NCBI GenBank assembly: GCA_026625185.1
Contig: CP113000.1
Coordinates: 1,695,622 to 1,727,621, forward strand
DNA: 32,000 bases
DNA from: Thermodesulfobacteriota bacterium
Lineage (GTDB): Bacteria; Desulfobacterota; WTBG01; JAGOGO01
Direction: 5' to 3'
Part shown: one piece after another, positions 24,411-32,000 of the stretch
Layout: every line of letters starts with the position of its first letter
Position numbering within the stretch: the stretch's first letter is position 1
Notes under the pieces: model-generated
What the model saw: the letters and a program-made list of their open reading frames with translations, nothing else
What the model was told of the DNA's origin: nothing
Databases searched by the model: none
Program-made: the position numbers and the translations under genes

Positions 24411-25037
24411 GTGGAAGCTGAGACCGAAGAGAAAAGTGTATCAATATTAAACGATGAGGAGATGGTTACTCGTGCCAAAGCTGATGATCAAAAGGCGGTT
24501 ACTGAGCTTATTCATCGTTATCAACCAAAAGCTTACGCGATTGCTTTTCATCTGTGTTCGGAAGAGAGTGACGAGGTTCGGGATGTCACCCAAGAGGCTT
24601 TTTTAAAGGCCATCAGAAGTATTAAAAAATTTCGAGGACAAGCATCTTTTTCAACCTGGTTTTATCGTATTGTAGTCAACACCTGTCGAGATTTTCTGAG
24701 ACGTAAACGAAAAAAAGAACGGTTATTCTCATTGTGGCCAGGGAAACCGCATGGCAATGAAGTTTCGCAAGACAATAGTAAAGAACAACCAGATCTAAAA
24801 GGACATAACGACCCTATGGCAGTTTTCACCGGAAAGCAATTGACACGCGAGGTCCGTAATGCTTTGAGAGCGCTTCCGGAAAAGCAGCGGGTTGTTTTTC
24901 AGTTTAAGGTGCTTAATGAAATGACGATAAAGGAAATAGCTCAGGTGACCGGATCATCGGAGGGTACCATTAAAAGCCATCTTTTTAGGGCAACCCATTC
25001 TTTGAGAAACGTCCTTAAGGACTGGTCCGAATCATAA
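24411..25037 (+). CDS. ECF-type RNA polymerase sigma factor (sigma-70 family, group 4)
   Basis: Region 2 (LIHRYQPKAYAIAFHL...DVTQEAFLKAIRSIKKFRGQASFSTWFYRIVVNTCRDFLRRK) and region 4 HTH (LPEKQRVVFQFKVLNEMTIKEIAQVTGSSEGTIKSHLFRA). The start is uncertain: GTG at 24411 or ATG at 24462. Confidence 0.88.
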   Translation: MEAETEEKSVSILNDEEMVTRAKADDQKAVTELIHRYQPKAYAIAFHLCSEESDEVRDVTQEAFLKAIRSIKKFRGQASFSTWFYRIVVNTCRDFLRRKRKKERLFSLWPGKPHGNEVSQDNSKEQPDLKGHNDPMAVFTGKQLTREVRNALRALPEKQRVVFQFKVLNEMTIKEIAQVTGSSEGTIKSHLFRATHSLRNVLKDWSES

Positions 25038-25050
25038 AGGAGGTGAAACC

Positions 25051-25611
25051 ATGAAACCATGTTCAGATTACCAGGAAACGCTTTTACTGGATGTCTATGG
25101 GGAATTAAATCTCGTTGAGCGTCGTGTCTGGGAAAACCACCTTAGCACCTGCGAGCATTGCCGCAAAGAAAAGGAACAATTGTTGCGACTACTAAAAACA
25201 ATCAAAAACGCTTTGCCCACCCCAACGCTTTCTCCGGATAAAATCGCAGAACATGTCCGGGTAATACAAAGAAAATTAAAAGAGGAAGCTAACCTCCCTT
25301 GGTGGAGGAAGGCGCGCTTTCATTTACCGCAACGACTCATTCCTGCGCTTACGACCGCTTGTGTATTACTGATTATCATCAGTTGGTTTGGCTTGAAAGA
25401 ATTCAAAAAATTTGACATGCTGTCGACATCTCCTCAAACCACTTCCGAAGAACAAATTAACCGCGATGACTTAGAGGTGGTAAAGAACCTGGAGTTTTTA
25501 AAAGAAATGGAGGACGTTGAAAAATTAGTCAAGCACTTAGATGAAACAGACTCCCAGAGTCCTTCCACACAAACAGAAAATAACAACAATGGCGGCAGTG
25601 ATGATGCATAA
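25051..25611 (+). CDS. Anti-sigma factor, zf-HC2 (ZAS) type, single-pass membrane protein
   Basis: AAGGAGG SD. HLSTCEHC (H-x3-C-x2-C) motif at residues about 30-37, a central TM segment (LIPALTTACVLLIIISWF) and an acidic C-terminal tail. Confidence 0.8.
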   Translation: MKPCSDYQETLLLDVYGELNLVERRVWENHLSTCEHCRKEKEQLLRLLKTIKNALPTPTLSPDKIAEHVRVIQRKLKEEANLPWWRKARFHLPQRLIPALTTACVLLIIISWFGLKEFKKFDMLSTSPQTTSEEQINRDDLEVVKNLEFLKEMEDVEKLVKHLDETDSQSPSTQTENNNNGGSDDA

Positions 25612-26062
25612 GTTATCGCACGTAATGTGTCGAAATATTTTCATGATTCTTTTTGCCTGGGCAATCGCAGCAGCCTTTCCTGCTCTGTCGATGAGTAAAA
25701 CCACGTCACCCTATCCGACAGGTTACTCAAAAAAATGTGTGCAAAGCACGATTGAACGCCGGTTAATAGCGGAGAATCACCACCATCAAGGGGATTTTTC
25801 TCACGAGGAACAGGGCCGGTTTAAAAGGAATTATAATGAATGGAAATCACTTCCCCCGGAAAATCGAAGGGAATTACGGCATCGGATGGATCACTGGAGA
25901 GAGCTTTCACCTGAAGAACGGACACTGTATCAAAAACGTTATCATCAATTCCAGCAGCTTCCCCCTGATGAACGGGGGCGGGTTCGAGAGAAACTGGATA
26001 GGTGGGATAACCTCTCGCCTCAAGAGAAAGACGAAATTCGTCGCACCTTCCCCAGACATTAG
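25601..26062 (+). CDS. DUF3106-like periplasmic repeat protein
   Basis: Signal peptide (IFMILFAWAIAAAFPALS). Four W..L(S/P)P(E/D/Q)(E/N)(R/K) repeats (WKSLPPENRR, WRELSPEERT, QQLPPDERG, WDNLSPQEKD). The start (25589 or 25601) overlaps the anti-sigma end. Confidence 0.7.
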   Translation: MMHKLSHVMCRNIFMILFAWAIAAAFPALSMSKTTSPYPTGYSKKCVQSTIERRLIAENHHHQGDFSHEEQGRFKRNYNEWKSLPPENRRELRHRMDHWRELSPEERTLYQKRYHQFQQLPPDERGRVREKLDRWDNLSPQEKDEIRRTFPRH

Positions 26063-26128
26063 GGGGGCGATTGCCAGAAAGTCCTAAAAGGAAAATAAAA
26101 GGATCAACTAAAAAGGGATTATCATGGA

Positions 26129-26674
26129 ATGTTGGAAAAATTTGCTGCGACCATAGTCAAGTTTTCTCACACCAAAAAATCACTCAAGAATAAAATAGGG
26201 ATAATGCTTTTTGGAGCCATCAATTTACTGGTTGTTATCCCTTTTGTTTTTTTTCATGTTGGGTGTGTTCTTGAAAAGTATATTCTTGTGCATTGGTTAC
26301 GACCGCTGGAAGTAGTGACTGCTATCCTGAGTGTTCTCTGTGGACTTTTTCCCCTGATATGGTCAGTAAATGTTAAAATTCATCTTGGGAAAGGAACTCC
26401 AATCCCTTTGGCTCCCACTCAAAACTTAATTATCACCGGTCCCTATAAATTATGTCGCAATCCAATGCACCTTGGAGCTATGATTTACTACTTCGGAGTA
26501 GGAACATGGTTTGGTTCTTTGACTATCGGTATCATGAGCTTTCTTCTTGGTCTTGTTCTGTTTAGCATCTACAATAAGTTTTTCGAAGAAAAAGAGTTGT
26601 TACTCCGCTTTGGCAAGGAGTATGAGGAATATAAAAGGAAAACCTCCTTTTTAATTCCCAAACTTTGCGGGTAA
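26129..26674 (+). CDS. Isoprenylcysteine carboxyl methyltransferase (ICMT/PEMT)-family membrane methyltransferase
   Basis: Multiple TM segments, GPYKLCRNPMHLGAMIYYFG, and C-terminal EEKELLLRFGKEYEEYKRKTSFLIP typical of the family. Confidence 0.8.
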   Translation: MLEKFAATIVKFSHTKKSLKNKIGIMLFGAINLLVVIPFVFFHVGCVLEKYILVHWLRPLEVVTAILSVLCGLFPLIWSVNVKIHLGKGTPIPLAPTQNLIITGPYKLCRNPMHLGAMIYYFGVGTWFGSLTIGIMSFLLGLVLFSIYNKFFEEKELLLRFGKEYEEYKRKTSFLIPKLCG

Positions 26675-26895
26675 GTTGAGTACACGGATACTTTTTTATT
26701 CCCCGAACGCCACGACATAATGCGAGCAATGAATAAAAGGTCAGGTTTAAGTTGTTCGAATAAACGAATTGCTCCCAGACCGTCAGCGCCCTCACCAATA
26801 ATTTCAAAATTTGGATTTTGTACAAGGAGGGTGCGGAGTCCTTTTCTTACAATAGTGTGATCATCTAAAATGATAAACCGTTTTTTGTCGTTCAT
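26675..26895 (-). pseudogene. Response-regulator receiver-domain remnant (NarL/FixJ-like N-terminus)
   Basis: MNDKKRFIILDDHTIVRKGLRTLLVQNPNFEIIGEGADGLGAIRLFEQLKPDLLFIARIMS aligns by eye with receiver domains, but Ala sits where the phospho-acceptor Asp is expected. Similarity is lost after about 70 aa and the open frame runs antisense into the ICMT gene. Confidence 0.5.
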
Positions 26896-27006
26896 AATTA
26901 AAATGGTGACCTTGATAAGTATCAATATATCTTATCATAGTTCTTGCCCTTTTTCAATGTTGGACCGCAGACTTTGAGAGAATAAGGGTTTAATGTGTTT
27001 GACGAT

Positions 27007-28371
27007 TCACCTTAAGTTATTCAGCCTTCCCTTTTTGATCTCCTCTCCGATCTTCTCCACCTCGGATATAACCTCTTTTTCATTCACTGTTAAAATCTGT
27101 TGATTATGCATTATTACTGTGCCATCAACCATGACTGTTCGCACATCATGTCCCGAAGCTGAATAAACCAGATGGGAATAATAATTATACACAGGAGTGA
27201 GGTGAGGTTGCTTCCAATCCAGGATAATGATATCTGCTTTTTTCCTCAACTCGAGAGAACCGATTTTATCATAGAGGCCCAAAACTTCAGCGCCCCCGAT
27301 GGTTGCCATCTTAACCACGGTTTTAGCATCCATGAGGGATGGATCCTTGCGCGCAAGTTTATGAATCTTGGCGGCGGTATCCATTTCGGACAAGAGGTCA
27401 AGGTTGTTGTTGCTGGCACATCCATCTGTTCCCAAACCAACGGGAATGCCGAACTTTAAAAAGTCTGGAACCGGCGCAACTCCAGAAGCAAGCTTCATAT
27501 TGCTTTCCGGGCAGTGGGCGACCCTCACCTTTTTTGCTTTGAGCACAAAAAGTTCCTCAGGAGAAATCCATAGGCAGTGCGCGGCAATGGTTTCACCATC
27601 AAGCACCCCCAAGGTGAGTAGGTGCTTAACCGGTGAAACCCCATAGCGACTCATCATTTTCATTATCTCAGCTTCAGTTTCAGCGAGGTGTATCAACAAA
27701 GGAATGCCATGATCATTACACACCTTACGTGCTTCTTGTAAGGTTTCTGGTTTGCAGGCATAGGCAGAGTGGCAAAACAAAGTGGGAGCAATCAATGGGC
27801 TTGCAGGAAATCGCTCTAAATAGTTCTTCCCGTTTTTCAGATTGAAATCAGGATTGGGAACATCGGGAGTTGGAAAGTCAAGGATTCCTTGTCCGAGTAT
27901 GGCCCGGAGGCCTAATTGCGAAACAGCGCGCGCCGCTTCTGCTTCGAAAAAATACCCATCCGCAAAACAGGTAGTGCCGGATCTAATCATCTCGATTCCG
28001 GCTAAGCGTGTTCCCTGATAAACAAATTCAGGGTTGACATAATGAGCTTCAACGGGAAAGATATAATCATTGAGCCAGGTTTCCAAAGGAAGATCATCTG
28101 CTAAACCACGAAGGCAGGCCATTGCCGCATGGGTATGGGTATTAATCAGGCCCGGCATAATCAGCCCATCACGGGCATCAATTACTTTGTCAACAGTCCC
28201 ATCAGGTGGCGCCTCGGTTATCGTGCCGATGCTTTTTATGGTATCGTCTTCTATTAAGACGTATCCCGCAGGGAAAATATCTTCCGAGGGATTGATGGTG
28301 AGAACCACGCCGCCTTTAATGAGAATAGTATTAGATTTAGTCAAGGGCTTCTTCATCACAGGAACAAGCAT
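27007..28371 (-). CDS. mtaD: Amidohydrolase, 5-methylthioadenosine/S-adenosylhomocysteine deaminase (MtaD)-like
   Basis: GLINTHTHAAMACLRGLADDLPLETWL metal-binding and substrate motif, HLAETEAE, and GTDGCASNNNLD near the C-terminal metal ligand. Length about 450 aa. Confidence 0.85.
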   Translation of the reverse strand: MLVPVMKKPLTKSNTILIKGGVVLTINPSEDIFPAGYVLIEDDTIKSIGTITEAPPDGTVDKVIDARDGLIMPGLINTHTHAAMACLRGLADDLPLETWLNDYIFPVEAHYVNPEFVYQGTRLAGIEMIRSGTTCFADGYFFEAEAARAVSQLGLRAILGQGILDFPTPDVPNPDFNLKNGKNYLERFPASPLIAPTLFCHSAYACKPETLQEARKVCNDHGIPLLIHLAETEAEIMKMMSRYGVSPVKHLLTLGVLDGETIAAHCLWISPEELFVLKAKKVRVAHCPESNMKLASGVAPVPDFLKFGIPVGLGTDGCASNNNLDLLSEMDTAAKIHKLARKDPSLMDAKTVVKMATIGGAEVLGLYDKIGSLELRKKADIIILDWKQPHLTPVYNYYSHLVYSASGHDVRTVMVDGTVIMHNQQILTVNEKEVISEVEKIGEEIKKGRLNNLR

Positions 28372-28453
28372 CGCTTTGGAACTTATCCCAAAGCCCCTTA
28401 AATTTTTTATACAGGGTAAATACCCCGTGTGGAAGCTTTCTAACAGGGTTTAC

Positions 28454-28990
28454 TTAAAAATTTGGCCATTTTCGCAGTAATGTTTCCACGAGGGATTTGA
28501 AATAGGCCACTGCTTCAGGATCAACTTGTTTCGTGCTCCACACATGTTCTCCAAAACCGATCTGGGCTAACACATATTTCCCAAACCCCACCTGGCCAAT
28601 TGCTGTAAGGCCGGTAGCAAGTTGTCCCAGCCCAAGCTCTATTTCTACGGCAACTTGACCTACTGCTGCCCAACCAGTCGAGGCTTGTCCCAAGCCGAAC
28701 AAGAAGCTTAAGGCAAGCTGTCCGATTGCAATTGCGCCGAAGGCAGCCTGGCCGATCGCTACCATTCCGGCGGCAAGGCGACCCACGGCTACAATGCCTT
28801 TTGCCATCATGCGTTTACCGGTTTCCGGGCAGATGCCACGAGTGTAATGGAGAAGCGGCAAACCTAAAATGGTTCGATGAGATTTAAATTCTGCAAAAGA
28901 TGTACCAGTAGGATAAAGGAAGCGGCGCCACAGGCCAAAAGAAGTCTGGTCAATCCGATATTCAACATTTTCCAATAAAATATTTTTCAT
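28454..28990 (-). CDS. Hypothetical membrane protein with glycine-zipper-like (A/V)IGQxAxG repeats
   Basis: I prefer ATG at 28990 (MKNILLENVEY...) over the listed 29254 start, whose extension is low-complexity. The core is AKGIVAVGRLAAGMVAIGQAAFGAIAIGQLALSFLFGLGQASTGWAAVGQVAVEIELGLGQLATGLTAIGQVGFG. Confidence 0.6.
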   Translation of the reverse strand: MKNILLENVEYRIDQTSFGLWRRFLYPTGTSFAEFKSHRTILGLPLLHYTRGICPETGKRMMAKGIVAVGRLAAGMVAIGQAAFGAIAIGQLALSFLFGLGQASTGWAAVGQVAVEIELGLGQLATGLTAIGQVGFGKYVLAQIGFGEHVWSTKQVDPEAVAYFKSLVETLLRKWPNF

Positions 28991-29114
28991 AGCTTTTAGT
29001 TTATTATATGCCCATATTCTACTCCGTTTTACAATAATTTTTATGACCAAAACTGGATAGAAAAACCTAACTAATTGAATTTCCCAAAAAAAATATTGAT
29101 AAGTATTCCAAGAT

Positions 29115-30743
29115 ATGGTTATGTTATTAAAAAAGCTCTTTCTTCTTTTAGGCAGAGATTTCCTGCATAATGTGCTTTTGAACTGTGTACCTTTGATGGA
29201 ATCAAAAATTAATATCTTAAAAAAAGAAGACCTGTTCCGCTTATTGCATCCCAAAAGTCTTTCCGGGTTTCAGCCCCTGAAAGAAGAAACCAATACCCGT
29301 CTTATCCTTAAAGGACGCTTGGGTAACTCAAATGAACCACTGGTTATTAAGATCTTTAAACGCCCCCATTTTTTTGACCAGGTTAAATATCTTTTTCGGC
29401 CGCCGAGGAGCCGGAAAGAGTGGCAGATCGGGCAAAAATTGTCTCATCTGGATATCCCCACTCCTTCCCTGGTAACTTATAGGGCTTTGCGGAGATGGGG
29501 CTTTCTTACTAATGACATTATTGCTTTTCGGGAACTAACTGATGCTGTGCCATTAATCAACTGGGTAGAAAACAATATCATCCAAAAACCGCTCCCCTTT
29601 TTTGAAAGACGAGAAGTGATTCGAGCGCTCGGCGGTTTTGTCCGAATGATCCATGACCAAGGAATATTTTCAAAAGATTTTCACCAAGGAAATATCCTGA
29701 TAAAAACTGAACCGGGGACGCCCCCTCTATTTTATTTAATTGATCTTCACGCTATTAGGATTAAAAAAGAAATTACTCGCAGAGAACGAATAAAAATGTT
29801 AGCCCAATTTAATAACTTTCGGATACCGATAGCAGATCGGCTGAGGTTCCTTAAGGCTTATCTTCAGGGGGGAGGGCAGGAAGAGATTTCAAAAAAGGCT
29901 TTGGTAAAAGAGATAGCTTCAGCTTCGTTTAGTCACTGGAAGCGCCTCTGGAAAAAGCGGAAAAAGCGATGCCTGCGACCTGGAAAAGGCTTAGAGAGGT
30001 TTAAAACCGGTCCGTGGCAAGGGATGATTCGAAAAGAATATTATTTAAAAAATTTCTTTCACTTATTAGATAAGTGGGGTAAGAATAATAAAAGAACAGA
30101 AAATTTGGTTAAGGGGGTATTTCCCCAAGAAAACGCGAAAAATTTGGTTATCCGATACTATAACCAAAACAGCTTTTTCTCCACGCTGAGGTCACTCTTC
30201 CAAATTTCTCCAGCCGAAAGAACCTGGGTTACTATACACACCTTGATCATGCGAGGAATACCTACGCTTATGCCCGTTGCTTTTGGTGAAAGAAACCAAT
30301 GGGGAGTTTTACGGGATTGCTTTCTTGCCTTTGAAAAAGTGCCCGAGGTCACGTCAGGCGCTGGTCTTTTAAAAGAATTATCAGAGACGCCTTTGATTGT
30401 TCAAAATACATTTTTAAAAAAAAGGATTATCTTTCACCTTGCCCGATTGATTCGGTGGATGCATCAAACAGGTGTGTGCCATAAAACTTTGAAGCCGACT
30501 GACATTGGTGTTACATTCGATCATAAAAAGGTTTTTTTGCATGTGGTGAATGTGGACGGGATGACGATTAAGAAAAGCGTTGGAATAAATGACGTGGTTA
30601 AAGACCTAAGCTCTATACGCCTATCCTTTTTGCATGCCCTGGAACAAAAGGACCAGAACTTTTTTTTCAAAACATATGCCTGGGGAAATACGTTTTTTAA
30701 AGTTAACGAGAAAAAAATAAGAGATAAGATGCAAAAAAAATAA
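29115..30743 (+). CDS. Tandem lipopolysaccharide-kinase (Kdo/WaaP/InaA) family protein
   Basis: The first half has LVIKIFKRP (Lys), DFHQGNILI (catalytic loop) and YLIDLH. The second half repeats the fold with a degenerate loop CHKTLKPTDIGV and VVNVDG. The start may be ATG at 29198 (MESKINIL). Confidence 0.7.
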   Translation: MVMLLKKLFLLLGRDFLHNVLLNCVPLMESKINILKKEDLFRLLHPKSLSGFQPLKEETNTRLILKGRLGNSNEPLVIKIFKRPHFFDQVKYLFRPPRSRKEWQIGQKLSHLDIPTPSLVTYRALRRWGFLTNDIIAFRELTDAVPLINWVENNIIQKPLPFFERREVIRALGGFVRMIHDQGIFSKDFHQGNILIKTEPGTPPLFYLIDLHAIRIKKEITRRERIKMLAQFNNFRIPIADRLRFLKAYLQGGGQEEISKKALVKEIASASFSHWKRLWKKRKKRCLRPGKGLERFKTGPWQGMIRKEYYLKNFFHLLDKWGKNNKRTENLVKGVFPQENAKNLVIRYYNQNSFFSTLRSLFQISPAERTWVTIHTLIMRGIPTLMPVAFGERNQWGVLRDCFLAFEKVPEVTSGAGLLKELSETPLIVQNTFLKKRIIFHLARLIRWMHQTGVCHKTLKPTDIGVTFDHKKVFLHVVNVDGMTIKKSVGINDVVKDLSSIRLSFLHALEQKDQNFFFKTYAWGNTFFKVNEKKIRDKMQKK

Positions 30744-30767
30744 CAGCTCATTCAGCAGTAGTGATTT

Positions 30768-31217
30768 TTGCTCATCACGCTGTTAATTCTTATTCCAACG
30801 GCATTGAAACCGCAGGGAGAAGATAAGCTTCCATTAAAACAGGCTGCTTTTTGGATCAATGTGAATAAAAATAAACCCTTTCCGATAATTATGAGCAACG
30901 AGCCATCGGTGGGTTATTATGCCGGAGGGAAAAACCTATTCGTCCCGACTTTGGGGTATCCTGAATTTGGGGACTATATTGACGCGAGACAGGTTGATCA
31001 TGTAGGATTTTCGGAGAGGAATATTATTAAGGAATTTTTTTTTTATCACTGCTTCAACCGGAAAAATTTAAAAGAGTTGATTTTGGGAATAAGAAGGTTT
31101 TGTTTTATGAAGTCTCACGCTAAGGGAAATGGCGAGTATTTTAAAAATCGCCCCCATGATTTTTTTGGGTTGCGATTGACGGAAAGGTATAGCTGGGAAA
31201 ACTCTGCCGATTTTTAA
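30768..31217 (+). CDS. Hypothetical protein / possible C-terminal fragment of an ArnT/PMT-like glycosyltransferase
   Basis: The ORF opens with TTG immediately after an in-frame stop and has no SD or TM region. It bears only a loose resemblance to periplasmic C-terminal regions of GT39/GT83 enzymes. Confidence 0.3.
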   Translation: MLITLLILIPTALKPQGEDKLPLKQAAFWINVNKNKPFPIIMSNEPSVGYYAGGKNLFVPTLGYPEFGDYIDARQVDHVGFSERNIIKEFFFYHCFNRKNLKELILGIRRFCFMKSHAKGNGEYFKNRPHDFFGLRLTERYSWENSADF

Positions 31218-31270
31218 AGAAGGATAGCGCTTTTGTTGAATTTCTCTATGAAAATAATTGGTTAGAAAGA

Positions 31271-32000
31271 GTGAAAAATAGCAAAAGAATAAAAATACGC
31301 ACGGTTATAAAAAGAAGTTTTGTTGTACTGGGGGGGTTGTTATTTTTCCTCGGTATCGTACTAGCCTGGATTCGGTTTGGTTTTATTAAAAAGACGGTAT
31401 GGTCAATTAGTATCTACACGGGCTCTAATTCTTATTCATTTTCTCCCCATCCTCTGGTCAAAAAACATCCTGTACTCCAGGCATCCGATGCTGTCGATGT
31501 GCCGGCTTTTTTTCTGTCCGACCCGTTTATGGTTCAGCATAATAACAAGTGGTTTATGTTTTTTGAGGTGTTCAACAAATTATCACAGCAGGGTGATGTC
31601 GGATTGGCAACCAGCCATGATGGAGTCGTATGGCACTATGAAAAAATTGTCCTTGATGAGCCTTTCCATCTGTCATTTCCTTGCGTGTTTAAATGGAAAG
31701 GTTGTTTTTACATGGTTCCGGAAAGCCGCGGCGCCCATAGTGTGAGATTATACCAGGCAACGAAATTCCCTTATCACTGGACATTTGTTGCCGAACTCCT
31801 TACCGGTGATTATGCTGATCCCTCATTGATTTTCAAAGACGGAAGATGGTGGTTATTTGTTTTGAATCCGGGAGATAAACTCGCGCTTTACTATGCCGGC
31901 GATTTGCAAGGTCCCTGGACTGAACACCCCGCCAGTCCTCTCATAACCGGAGATAAGAAAATTTCCCGGCCAGGAGGGAGACTTACCATGTTCAGGGAGA
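31271..32000 (+). CDS. Signal-anchored beta-propeller-like protein (GH43-like / glucosamine inositolphosphorylceramide transferase-like family), 3' partial
   Basis: Absent from the supplied ORF track, presumably because it has no stop in the window. GTG at 31271 follows an in-frame TAA at 31256. Translation: VKNSKRIKIRTVIKRSFVVLGGLLFFLGIVLAWI (signal anchor) ... SDPFMVQHNNKWFMFFE ... HLSFPCVFKWKGCFYMVPES ... VRLYQATKFPYHW ... DPSLIFKDGRWWLF. It is open to position 32000. Confidence 0.65.
   Translation, partial: MKNSKRIKIRTVIKRSFVVLGGLLFFLGIVLAWIRFGFIKKTVWSISIYTGSNSYSFSPHPLVKKHPVLQASDAVDVPAFFLSDPFMVQHNNKWFMFFEVFNKLSQQGDVGLATSHDGVVWHYEKIVLDEPFHLSFPCVFKWKGCFYMVPESRGAHSVRLYQATKFPYHWTFVAELLTGDYADPSLIFKDGRWWLFVLNPGDKLALYYAGDLQGPWTEHPASPLITGDKKISRPGGRLTMFRE

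Noticed and set aside
31377-31745. 122-aa plus-strand ORF listed in the track.
   Set aside because: It is out of frame with the much better supported edge-truncated ORF starting at 31271, and its translation is Cys/Leu/Phe-rich without motifs.
1-32000. Possibility of an alternative genetic code (TGA or TAG reassignment) given the many candidate-phylum-like features.
   Set aside because: Gene lengths are normal with all three stops. The paralogous TPR gene ends terminate at TGA and TAA at homologous positions followed by homologous non-coding sequence.

Overview
Bacterial chromosomal window with moderate-to-low GC and the standard genetic code. Stops are confirmed by two paralogous gene ends that terminate at TGA and TAA in homologous context. 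Most of it is housekeeping: fmt, a PfkB kinase, rodZ-like, cpoB/ybgF-like, surE, a LysM-M23 peptidase, mtaD, a ThiI-like PP-loop enzyme, tRNA-Ala(CGC) and tRNA-Pro(CGG). Several accessory patches interrupt this. (1) A secreted trypsin-like protease / TPR cluster at 5.1-9.1 kb, where a TPR module and its 3' flank are duplicated and fused to a second protease domain. (2) A roughly 1000-aa YadA-type trimeric autotransporter adhesin (9822-12773). It is visibly more GC-rich than its flanks, bracketed by MITE-like inverted-repeat elements, and preceded by a 12-copy heptanucleotide tract. (3) A compact peptidoglycan MurNAc-salvage operon (NamZ/DUF1343, MurU-like nucleotidyltransferase, AmgK-like kinase) translationally coupled to a DAGK-family lipid kinase, with an odd opposed heptad-repeat array inside it. 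(4) A gene-decay patch at 22.2-24.4 kb: a frameshifted FKBP_N fragment, a truncated secreted protein and about 1 kb with no convincing gene. (5) An ECF sigma / zf-HC2 anti-sigma / DUF3106 / ICMT-like module next to a response-regulator remnant. (6) An envelope cluster at the right end: a glycine-zipper-like membrane protein, a tandem Kdo/WaaP-type kinase-pseudokinase, and a partial beta-propeller-like gene missing from the ORF track. I do not see a clear-cut new multi-gene system such as a defence or secretion system. The most unusual signals are the recurrent 7-8 nt periodic tracts just upstream of genes, the adhesin-associated repeat tract, and the lipid kinase joined to the MurNAc recycling genes. 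All family calls come from motif recognition by eye; no searches were run.
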